DNA of 64,000 nucleotides from an uncultured Actinomycetes bacterium (GTDB lineage: Bacteria; Actinomycetota; UBA4738; HRBIN12), in the NCBI GenBank assembly GCA_963816275.1, contig CAWFJU010000019.1, forward strand, positions 13,601 to 77,600, read 5' to 3'. The position numbers and the translations under genes are program-made. The notes beneath the pieces are model-generated. The model did not search any database, was not told where the DNA came from, and worked only from the letters and a program-made list of their open reading frames with translations. The stretch's first letter is position 1. Every line of letters starts with the position of its first letter. Positions 14,363 to 23,284 of this stretch are shown here, one piece after another.

Positions 14363-15275
14363 AGCGGCCGCCCCCGCCTGCCGGCGCTTGCGGTCGCGCG
14401 CGACCAGCGCAGTCGACGAACCGCGTCAGCGGGATCGTGATCACGAGGTAGACGAGCGCGAGCGCGACGTACGGCGTGAAGTTGAACGTCGGCGGCGCTG
14501 ATCGATCTGCGCCGTGCCGGAACGCCTCGATCACGCCGATGAACGCGACGAGCGCGGTGTCCTTCTGCAGCCCGATGAAGTCGTTCAGCAGCGGCGGGAT
14601 CACGCGGCGGACCGCCTGCGGCAGGACCACGTACCGCATCGACTGGCCGCGCGAGAGCCCGAGGGACCGCGCGGCCGCCACCTGGCTCGCGGTGCACCGA
14701 CTCGATCCCCGCCCGGTAGACCTCCGCGACGTACGCCGAGTACGACGAGGACCAGGGAGACGACGCCCCAGAAGAACGGCGCTGTCGGGCACGCCCTGGA
14801 TGCCGAGCGCCGGGCACCCCGAACCCGAGCAGGTAGATCACGAGGATCGTCGGGACCCCGCGGAAGAGGTCGGTGTAGAGCGATCGCGAAGAGCCGGAGC
14901 GGGAAGAAGACCGGCCCCGGGAGGCTCCGCATCACCGCGAACACGAGTGCGACGACGAGGATCAGGACCTCCGCGATCATGAAGAGCTGCACGTTCACGA
15001 AGAACGCACGCAGGATGGACCGGGAACGACTCCTTGAACTGGGCGCCGGCTGAAGAACGCGCTGCTTCACCTCGGCCCAGCCCGGCGAGTTCACGACGAT
15101 CAGCGCGAGCACGACGAAGAACACCACCGTGCTCACGACGGCGATCGCGACGCTCTGCCCGCCCTCGGCTCGCAGCGGCGCCGAGGAGCTTCGACCCGCG
15201 GTCGCCGTCGGGGAGCCTCGGATCCCCGGGCTGGTACTGGTACAGCTCCGGGCCGCGCGTCGCCATGTCCATCAC
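14359..15275 (-). pseudogene. Amino-acid ABC transporter permease (His/Glu/Gln/Arg family), many frameshifts
   Basis: Pieces come from ORFs 14838..15275 (N-terminus), 14600..15136 (ILRAFFVNVQLFMIAEVLILVVALVFAVMR), 14359..14841 (YSAYVAEVYRAGIESVH) and 14298..14792 (SLGLSRGQSMRYVVLPQAVRRVIPPLLNDFIGLQKDTALV). The last is the EAA-loop region typical of this permease family. Confidence 0.7.
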
Positions 15276-16209
15276 GCCGCCGGCGCGCTACGTTGATCAC
15301 CGGGTAGTCGAGGTTCTTCAGCCACTGTCGACTGGAGCTCGGCGAGGGTGCCGTCGTCCGTCAGTTCCTCGATCGCCAGGTTCACGCACTCGACGAGCGG
15401 GTTGTCCTTGTCGAACGTCATGCCCGAAGTACTCCGCCGTCGTTCGGGAACTGACCGACCACCACGCCGTTCTCCGCCTGGCCGATCAGCACGTTCACGT
15501 AGGCGGTCGGCGCGTCGACGACGTAGCCGTCGATCTGCCCGTTGTTGAGCGCCTGGATCACGTCGACCGACCTGTCGTAGACGGCCGGCTGCTGGTCGGG
15601 CTGGATCACGTCGACGATGTACGTCGTAGCTCGTGGTCCCGATCTGGCGCCCCGAGCTTGTACGGCTTCAGGTCGGCGAGCGTGGTCGCGTCGGCGATCG
15701 GGGTGCCCTTGTTCGCCACGAGCGCCTGGTTCACGTCGTAGTAGCCGTCGCTGAACGTCCACGGCCTGCGCGCGCTCGGGTGAGTACGAGATCTGACTGA
15801 TGTCGAAGTCGTAGTCTGCGGTGCCGGGCTTGAAGGACTCGTTGAAGTTCACCGGCGCCCAGTTGACCTGGTCCTGGCTACGCCCAGCTGCTCGGCGACT
15901 GCGTACGCGAGGGCGCTCTCGAAGCCCTCGCCGCTCGCGGGGTTCCCGGTGCCGCTGCTGGGCTTGGCCGTCCAGTCCCCGTAGGTGCCCGTGCCGGCGA
16001 ACCACGGCTGGAACACGGGGTTGTCGGTGCCGATCGTGAGCGCCGTGGGTCGTAGAGCGCGTCGATGTTGTTCGCGTAGCACTCGATCGCGGCGGCCGCG
16101 CCGCGGTCGACCCCGTGTCGCGCCGTCGCGCCGCTGGTCGTGGACGAGTCCTCGGCGCACGCCGCGGCCACCAGGAACACGCCGCCAGTCCGATCACGAT
16201 CCTGCGCAT
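15272..16209 (-). pseudogene. Amino-acid ABC transporter substrate-binding lipoprotein, many frameshifts
   Basis: N-terminal signal and lipobox (MRRIVIGLA...FLVAAACAEDSS). Later pieces are TALTIGTDNPVFQPWF, YDFDISQISYSPERAQAVD and VIQALNNGQIDGYVVDAPTAYV, from ORFs 15418..16209, 15878..16180 and 15849..16160. This is a type-2 periplasmic binding protein pattern. The C-terminal boundary is uncertain. Confidence 0.65.
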
Positions 16210-16282
16210 CTCGATGACCCCCTCGATCGTCCCTGTGAGCGCCGACGATCCCCTCCGCCGGACACGCCGGAGCCTAGCAGAC

Positions 16283-17096
16283 CTACTTCCGCGGCTCCCA
16301 GGAGAAGTAGCGCGTGGCGACGAGCAGGCCGAACAGACCCCAGGCGGCGATGAACACGATGTCCCACCAGTCGAACGGGAAGGCCCGCACCGGCCCGATC
16401 GGCGTCGGCACGATCACGTTCCCAAGGAATCCGGCGCGCATCGCCTCGGCGAAGTGCTTCACGGGGAAGATGTTGCCGACCACCACCATCCACTGCGGGG
16501 CGGTGTCGCTCGAGCGGGATGAAGATCCCGGACAGGAACAGCAGCGGCAGGATCGTGGCGTTCACGATCGGCGGGGCGGCGTCGGCGTTCGGGATCACCG
16601 CCGTGATCGCCAGGGCGAGCGCCGCGAAGGACAGGGACCCGATCAGGAACGTCACGACGAACTCGATGAGCGGCAGCCCGGTCGGGAACGGCGACGTCGT
16701 ACGCGAGCGCGGCCGAACACGAGCATGATCACGACGAGCAGGGCGCCGACGACCATCGCGTGGAGCACGCGCGCGGTGAGGTACGAGCCCGCCGGGAGCG
16801 GCGTCCCGTGCAGGCGCTTCAGGATCCCCTGGTCGCGCAGCGAACGTCGACGTTGATCGCGATGTTCGTGTAGCACGCCGAGATCACGCCGAAGGCCGCC
16901 ATCGCGCCGACGAAGTAGGTGGACCGCGTCGAGGGTCTCCCCGCCGATCCGGAGGTTGCCGCTCCCGAGCAGCGCGGTGAAGATCACGAGGAACATCAGC
17001 GGGAACGCGAACGTGAAGAACGCCGACGCGGGGTTCCGCCAGAACGCCTTGTTCGTGAAGCGGAACTGACGCGCGACGGCGCTAGGAGTCGCTCAC
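16283..17096 (-). pseudogene. ABC-2 type transporter permease, several frameshifts
   Basis: Pieces are FRFTNKAFWRNPASAFFTFAFPLMFLVIFTALLGS (ORF 16652..16996 and manual translation), KRLHGTPLPAGSYLTARVLHAMVVGALLVVIM, TFLIGSLSFAALALAITAVIPNADAAPPIVNATILPLLFLSGIFIP (16194..16655) and the C-terminus in 16283..16489. Confidence 0.65.
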
Positions 17097-18006
17097 TCGA
17101 GCCCTCCTCGCCGCCCGTGAGCTCGAGGTAGACGTCCTCGAGGCTGGGGCGCTCGGCGTCGAGCGTCTCGAACGACAGGTCGTGCTCGAGCGCCCAGCCG
17201 GTCAGCGCGTGGAGCGGCGCGGTCGGGTCGTCGGCCTGGAGCTCGAACGAGCCGTCCGCCGGCCGGGACCTGCCCCCAGTCGGGGAGCGCCGGAGCGCCC
17301 TGCGGCAGCCGGAACCGGATCCTCGCCGTCATGCGGTCGCGGCCCGGCGAGCGTGTCGGGGGGGCCCTCGGCGACGATCTCGCCGCGCGCGATCACCGCG
17401 ACCCGGTCGGCGAGGTACTGCGCCTCGTCCATGAAGTGCGTCGTGAGGAAGACGGTCTTGCCGAGCGCGGTGAGGTTCTTCACGATCTCCCAGGCGTTGC
17501 GCCGGGCGTTCGGGTCGAACCCCGTCGTCGGCTCGTCGAGGAACAGCAGCTCGGGGTCGCCGGCCAGCGCCGACCGCGACGTCGAGGCGGCGCTGCTGCC
17601 CGCCCGAGAGCTTGTTCACGCGCGTGTCGGCCTTCTCGGCGAGCCCGACGACGTCGATCACCTCGTCCGTCGGACCGCGGCGACGGGTAGTAGCCGCCGT
17701 ACATGCTCGACGGTCTCGCGGACCGTGAGGAACGGGTCGACGCCGGTGGACTGCAGCACGATGCCGATCCGCTGGCGCAGCTCGAGGTGCCGCTCCGCCG
17801 GGTCGAACCCGAGCACCCGGACCTCGCCGGCGGTGCGGTGCCGGTAGCCCTCGAGGATCTCGGTGGTCGTGGTCTTGCCGGCGCCGTTCGGCCCGAGGAG
17901 CGCGAACACCTCGCCCCGGTCGACGTGCAGGTCGATGCCGGCGCACCGCCTCGACGTCGCCGTAGGACTTGCGGAGCCCTGCGACCTCGATCACGCGCTC
18001 GGCCAC
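17093..18006 (-). pseudogene. ABC transporter ATP-binding protein (partner of the ABC-2 permease), many frameshifts
   Basis: Pieces are VAERVIEVAGLRKSYGDVEAV (17329..18006), FALLGPNGAGKTTTTEILEGY (17658..17909, Walker A), LSGGQQRRLDVA (signature motif) and KNLTALGKTVFLTTHFMDEAQYLADRVAVIARGEIVAEG (17202..17483). Confidence 0.75.
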
Positions 18007-18012
18007 GCCGCG

Positions 18013-19015
18013 TCACGCTATCAACCGACCCCGAACCCGCGCGGCCGTGTCGACGGGGTTCCGCAGCGGCTCGCCGCGCGCGAACCGACCGGCGTTGTCG
18101 ACGAAGATGCCCACGACCTCCGCCTCCCACCCCTCGACGTCGCCGCACATGTGCGGCGAGACGATGACGTGCGGCATCGCCCACAGCGGGCTCTCGGGCG
18201 GCAGCGGCTCCTCGCTCGAAGACGTCGAGACGCGGCGCCCGCGATCGCGCCTCGCTCGAGCGCGTCGACCAGCGCGGGCTCGTCGACCGTGCGCGCCGCG
18301 CCCCACGTTGTAGAACCGCGCGGTCGGCCGCATCGCCGCGAACACGGCCGCGTCGAAGAGCCCGCGGGTCTCGGGCGTCAGCGGCAGCGCGTCGAGCACG
18401 TGGTCGGCGCCGGCCGAGCGCCGCGTGGAACGCCGCGGCGTCGTCGGTCGCGACGATCCGCCCGAGCACGTCGTCGTCACGGGCGGCGCGACCCGCGCGC
18501 CTCGACCTGCCATGCCGAGCGCCCGCGCGCGCACGCGGTGGCGCGCCCGATCGGCCCCGGCCCGACCACGAGCAGCCGGGAGCCCGCCAGGCGCTCGCGT
18601 GTCCGGTGCTGTCCCACACGATCCGCGAGCTGCCGGTCGCGCTGGTCGCAGGATCCGCGCCGCGAACGCGAGCATCGCGCCGATCACCCACTCCGCGATC
18701 GCGTCGTCGAAGACCCCGCGCGCGTTCGTGACCACGACCCGCTCGCGACGAGCTCCGGGAACAGCAGCGCGTCGACGCCGTCGGACGCCGACTGGATCCA
18801 GCGGAGGCGGTCCGCGTGCGGCCACGCGTCGCGCGAGCCATGCGCTCTCCGCCCGCCAGAAGAACAGCGCGTCGGCGCCGCCGAGCGCGTCCGGGAGCGC
18901 CTCGCCGTCCGGCGCGTAGCGCGAGCTCGACGTCGGCCGTCGGCGGCGCCTCGATGCCGGGCGGCGGATCCTCGGGACCGGTCCCGAGCACGACCACGAC
19001 CGGACGGTCGCTCAC
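18013..19015 (-). pseudogene. D-isomer-specific 2-hydroxyacid dehydrogenase family protein, many frameshifts
   Basis: Pieces are VSDRPVVVVLGTGPEDPPPGIEAPP (in ORF 17480..19720), VVTNARGVFDDAIAEWVIGAMLAFA, FYNVGRG and PLPPESPLWAMPHVIVSPHMCG (ORF 18013..18825). These are typical NAD-binding and catalytic-domain motifs. Confidence 0.7.
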
Positions 19016-19386
19016 AGCGGGTTCGCGTCCCCCGTACCCGCCGTGCACCTCGTGGTAGTAGCGCGACGTCGCCCTCCCCCAGCCGCCAGCAGAGGTACAC
19101 CGGCGGCCCTCGCGCTCGGCCGGGAAGTCGACGAGCCCGGTCTCGGGATCGCGCAGCAGGATGCCCGCGCTCGGCCAGCCACCGCACCTCGGTCCTCGAG
19201 GCTCTGCTGCGCGCGGAACCAGTCGCTGCCCGCGACGCCGCCGCCGTCGGCCGCCGACCGCCTCGGTGATCCGCTCGCTGGATGCGATCAGGGCGTGGCG
19301 CGCCTCGCGCAGCCGCGGGAGCCGCTCGCGGAGCTCCGGCGAGCTCGGCGTTCGCCTCGGCGGGCGTGAAGCGCGCGCTCGCTCAC
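19012..19386 (-). pseudogene. DUF2203-family protein, several frameshifts
   Basis: Manual stitching gives ...ELRERLPRLREARHALIASSERITEAV ... GILLRDPETGLVDFPAEREGR.VYLCWRLGEGDVA.YYHEVHGGYGGREP. The segment LVDFPA...YLCWRLGE is characteristic of DUF2203. The stop overlaps the downstream GTG (GTGA). Confidence 0.5.
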
Positions 19387-20090
19387 AGCGCCCCGAGCAC
19401 CGCCGGCAGGTCGCGCAGGTCGGTGATGCGCGACGCCCGTCGTGCCCGGGGTGCCGCTCGCGGCGATCGATCAGGACCGGGAACATGCCGAGCGCGGCCG
19501 GCGGGTCGACGTCGAACTCGGGGTTGTCGCCGACGTAGACCGACGTCCGCGGCCGCGACGCCCGCGCGCTCGAGCGCCAGCTCGTAGATCCGCGGGTCGG
19601 GCTTCTCCACGCCCTCGACGCCCGCTGATCACGCGGACCGGGAAGCGCTCGCGCACCTCGAGGACGCCGAGCAGGTCCTCGAGCCACGCCTCGAAGTTCG
19701 AGACGATGCCGAGCGCGCATGCCGGCGGCGCGCAGCGTCCGGCAGCACGGCCCGCACGTCGTCGAAGAGCGCGTAGTTCCGCAGGTCGGTGAACTCCCCG
19801 TAGAGGGTGTCGCGGAGCCCGTCGGCCGAGGGCAGTCCGAGCGCGTCCAGCATCCGCTCGTACACCCCGAGCCAGAACGCGCGCGAGCGTTCCGGGCTCG
19901 TGGTCCACAGCTCGTTGTCGCGGGCGGCCTCGCTGAACCGGTCGATCACGACCGCCGAGGCGGCGACCACGTCCTCGGGCGCGCGCGGATGGCCCTCGCG
20001 CGTCACGATCGAGGCGAACAGCTCCGGGAACGTCGGCGCGGGGTGGACGAGCGTCTCGCCGGCGTCGAAGAACACCGCTCGGAAGGTCAC
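19383..20090 (-). pseudogene. HAD-superfamily hydrolase, about 4-5 frameshifts
   Basis: MTFRAVFFDAGETLVHP (DxG/DxT motif I, ORF 19629..20090). Then GIVSNFEAWLEDLLGVLEVRERFPVRVISG and VEKPDPRIYELALERAGV (ORFs 19471..20115 and 19383..19610). Then VYVGDNPEFDV (motif IV, inside ORF 17480..19720). Confidence 0.7.
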
Positions 20091-20121
20091 GCGGGATGAT
20101 AGCCGCGCACTCCACGCGGGC

Positions 20122-20717
20122 TCAGCCTGCCGCGCCCGTCAGATCGGACCACAGCCGGTCGACCTGGCCCTCGAGCTCCTCGAGCGAGCCCTCGTTGTCG
20201 AGGACCACGTCGGCGACCTCGGCCTTCTCGTCGAGCGGCATCTGGGCCGCCAGGCGCGCCCGGGCGTCCGCCTCGTCCATGCCGCGCGCCACGAGCCGTC
20301 CGATCTGCGTCTCGGGCTCGGCCGACACGACGATCACCACTCGACGTCGCGGTGGCGGCCGGTCTCGATCAGGAGCGGCGAGTCGAGCACGACCACGTCG
20401 TCGGTGTCGGCGTGGGCGGCCACGATCTCCCCGACGCGCCGCACGACCTCGGGGTGCACGATCGCCTCGAGCGCGGCCCGCCGATCCGGGTCCGCGAACA
20501 CGATCGCCGCGAGGGCCGCCCGGTCGAGTCCGCCGTCGGCCGCCACGATCCCGCGTCCGAAGCGCTCCACCACCGCGTCGAACCCGGGGGTGCCCGGCTC
20601 GACGGCCTCGCGAGCGATCGCATCCGCGTCGATCACGACGGCGCCGCGGACCGCCAGCATCGCCGCCACGGTGGACTTGCCGGAGCCGATCCCGCCGGTG
20701 AGACCGACGAAGCGCAT
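20122..20717 (-). pseudogene. coaE: Dephospho-CoA kinase, single frameshift near 20340
   Basis: ORF 20334..20717 (MRFVGLTGGIGSGKSTVAAML...IVHPEV...) plus ORF 20122..20340 (VIVVSAEPETQIGRLVARG...) add up to a normal CoaE of about 199 aa. Confidence 0.85.
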
Positions 20718-20732
20718 GGGAAGGGAACGGCA

Positions 20733-20757
20733 GGCCGGGCCCGCGCGGGGCCCGGCC
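20733..20757 (-). terminator. GC hairpin between rpsA and coaE (10-bp perfect stem GGCCGGGCCC / GGGCCCGGCC, 5-nt loop)
   Basis: Read directly from the sequence, 10 nt downstream of the rpsA stop. There is no U-tract, so terminator function is inferred only. Confidence 0.4.
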
Positions 20758-20766
20758 GGTCGCGTC

Positions 20767-22551
20767 CTAGTCGGTGCGGCCCTCGCGCCGCTTCAGGTCC
20801 TCGAGGATCGCCTCGAGCGAGACCTCCTCGTCGGCGGCCTCGTCGGCCTCCTCGGCGGCCGCCTCGGCCACGTCGGCATCGGCCTCGGCCGTCTCGAGGT
20901 CGCCGGCCTCCTCGGCCACGATGGCCTCCTCGATCGCTTCCTCGGCCACCGCCTCCGCCACGGCCTCCGTCACGAGGACCTCGGCGATGGCTTCCTCGAC
21001 GGCCTCCTCGGCCACGGCGGTCGCCTCGGCCTCGGTGAGGGGCAGCTCGGGCTCGGCGGCCTCGGTGGCCTCGGTGGCCTCGGTGGCCGACTCAGTGGTC
21101 GGCTCGGCGACGGCCTCGACCGTCTCTGCCTCGGCTACGGGGACCTCGGCGGCGCCGGTGCAGGCGCCGGTGCGGTCCCCGCTTCGGCCTCCGCTTCGGC
21201 GACGGCCGCGAGGATGTCATCGGGGATCTGGATCGTCGCGACCATCTCCGGGACCGGCTCGCGCCGGGCCTCGGGTTCGGCCTTGATCTCGGGCTCGCGC
21301 TTGGGCGGCGCCGAGACCTGACGCATCGACAGGCTCACGCGACGACGCGACACGTCGACGTCGATCACCTTGACCTGGACCTCGTCGCCCACCGACAGCA
21401 CCGACTCGGGCGAGTCGACGTGCTCGTGGCTGATCTCCGAGATGTGCACGAGACCCTCGATGCCCGGGGCGACGCGGATGAAGGCGCCGAACGGCACGAG
21501 CTTCGTGACCTGACCGTTGATGATCGAGCCGGCCGTCGAGGTGCGCTCGAACTCCTTCCAGGGGTCCTCCTGGGTGGCCTTCAGCGAGAGCGACACGCGC
21601 TCGCGCTCGAGGTCGACGTCGAGCACCTCGACCTCGACCTCCTGGCCCACCGTCGACGACCTCGCCCGGGTGGTCGACGTGCTTCCAGGAGAGCTCGGAC
21701 ACGTGCACGAGGCCGTCGACCCCGCCAAGGTCCACGAACGCGCCGAAGTTCACGATCGAGCTGACCGTGCCCTTGCGCCGCTCGCCCTTCTGGAGCGACT
21801 GGAGGAACGACTTGCGGCCCTCGCTCTGCGACTCCTCGAGGAAGGCGCGGCGGGACAGCACGACGTTGTTCCGGTTGCGGTCGAGCTCGATGATCTTCGC
21901 CTCGAGCTCGGTGCCGACGAACGGGTGCAGGTCGCGGACGCGACGCAGGTCCACCAGCGACGCGGGCAGGAACCCACGGAGCCCGATGTCCAGGATCAGG
22001 CCGCCCTTGACGACCTCGATCACCGGCCCCTTGATCGTCTCGCCGGAGGTCATGACCGCCTCGATCCGTCCCCAGGCGCGCTCGTACTGCGCCCGCTTCT
22101 TGGACAGGATCAGCCGGCCCTCCTTGTCCTCCTTCTGCAGGACGAGGGCCTCGATCTTGTCGCCCACCTTGACGACCTCGTTCGGGTCGACGTCGTGGCG
22201 GATCGAGAGTTCCTTGCTCGGGATCACGCCCTCGGACTTGTAGCCGATATCGAGCAGGACCTCGTCGCGGTCGATCTTCACGACCTCGCCGTCGACGATG
22301 TCGCCGTCGTTGAAGTCCTTGAACGAGGCCTCCATCGCCGCGATCAGTTCCTCGGGCGTCAGGTCGCGCTCGAGTGCGGCGGGGGGGGCGGGCGCCTCGG
22401 CGACCGGAGTTGCCTCGGCCGGGGCGGCCTCGTCCGTGGGGGCGGCGTCGGTGGCCTCGGCCACCTCGGCGGGCGTTGCGGCCTCGACGACCTCGGTCGT
22501 CTCGGTGTCGGCGGGCGCGTCGGCGCCCGCGGTGGTCTCCACATCACTCAT
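20767..22551 (-). pseudogene. rpsA: 30S ribosomal protein S1 with acidic N- and C-terminal extensions, 2 frameshifts
   Basis: ORF 21217..22575 from M9 (SD GAGGAG lies 10 nt upstream) carries S1 repeats up to ...SWKHVDHPGEVV. The protein continues in ORF 21135..21728 (TVGQEVEVEVLDVDLERERVSLSLK...). The acidic tail continues in the frame of ORF 20767..21015 and ends SLEAILEDLKRREGRTD. Frame switches lie near 21653 and between 21160 and 21200. Confidence 0.85.
21061..21087 (-). repeat. Perfect 9-bp tandem repeat x3 (CTCGGTGGC; encodes ATE ATE ATE) inside the S1 acidic tail
   Basis: Read directly. Coordinates were cross-checked against the antisense ORF 20774..21286 (SVASVASVA). Confidence 0.8.
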
Positions 22552-22639
22552 GGCGGTGGTTCTCCTCACTGGCACGCGGGGCTCACCGACTCGCAGCTTG
22601 GGATTTGCGAGCGGCGCAGGAGACCTGCGGCCAGAAGGG

Positions 22640-22669
22640 ATGGTAGGTGACCGACGGAAACGCCGTCAA
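22640..22669 (-). promoter_or_regulatory. Candidate sigma-A promoter for rpsA: TTGACG-18 nt-TACCAT
   Basis: The reverse strand reads cgcgTTGACGgcgtttccgtcggtcaccTACCATccc, about 90 nt upstream of the rpsA ATG. The -35 element overlaps the stop codon of the upstream gene. Confidence 0.4.
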
Positions 22670-23244
22670 CGCGCGAACACCCGGCCGATCAGGTGATACG
22701 CGCCGAACGTGAGGCCCGCGAACGCGGGGAGGAGGAGCCAGCCCCTCACCCGGTCGCGCCACGCGTGCAGCAGGACGCCGGGCATCGCGAGTCCGATCAC
22801 GGCCATGGGGCCGACGACGAACCTCGCGTCCGGCACGGATCCCGCGAGGTAGAGGCCCTCCCCCACCACCGCACCCCCTAGCATCGCGGCGGCGATGATG
22901 CGCGGCCACCCCGTGCCGCGACGCCAGGTCTCCCCTGCCGCGCCGAAGACCGGCCCGCCCACCGCGGCGGTCGCGACCCAGATCCCGACCGACGTGGCGC
23001 TCACCCCGGCCGAGACGAACCACGACGCCGCGGCGTAGTAGCAGATCACCGCGCCCGCGAGCGTCAGGAACCCACCCAGCGCCGCCCTGCGCGTCGAGTC
23101 GAGCAGGCTCCCGACCACGAAGGCCGCACACAGCCACACGGCACCGGAGTTGCCCAGCCGGCCCCAGACACCGCCGAGCGCCTGGCCACCGAGGCTGAGC
23201 GCGCCGACCACGACCCCGGCTGCCGCGGCGGCTGCCGGCTGCAC
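22666..23244 (-). CDS. Hypothetical integral membrane protein (192 aa, about 5-6 hydrophobic helices)
   Basis: Intact ORF with membrane-protein composition (GAVWLCAAFVVGSLL..., GGFLTLAGAVICYYAAASWFV...). I recognise no catalytic motifs. Confidence 0.5.
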   Translation of the reverse strand: MQPAAAAAAGVVVGALSLGGQALGGVWGRLGNSGAVWLCAAFVVGSLLDSTRRAALGGFLTLAGAVICYYAAASWFVSAGVSATSVGIWVATAAVGGPVFGAAGETWRRGTGWPRIIAAAMLGGAVVGEGLYLAGSVPDARFVVGPMAVIGLAMPGVLLHAWRDRVRGWLLLPAFAGLTFGAYHLIGRVFAR

Positions 23245-23284
23245 CAGCGGTCGGACGACGCCTTCTGTCGCGTCGGTGCGCAGT

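Noticed and set aside
20767-21015. An independent 82-aa hyper-acidic protein (ORF 20767..21015).
   Set aside because: Its frame is open and equally Ala/Glu-rich for another 170 nt or so upstream, as far as the rpsA body. It has no RBS of its own. Its ending (SLEAILEDLKRREG) resembles the C-terminal peptide of actinobacterial S1. It is treated as the S1 tail, separated by a frame break.
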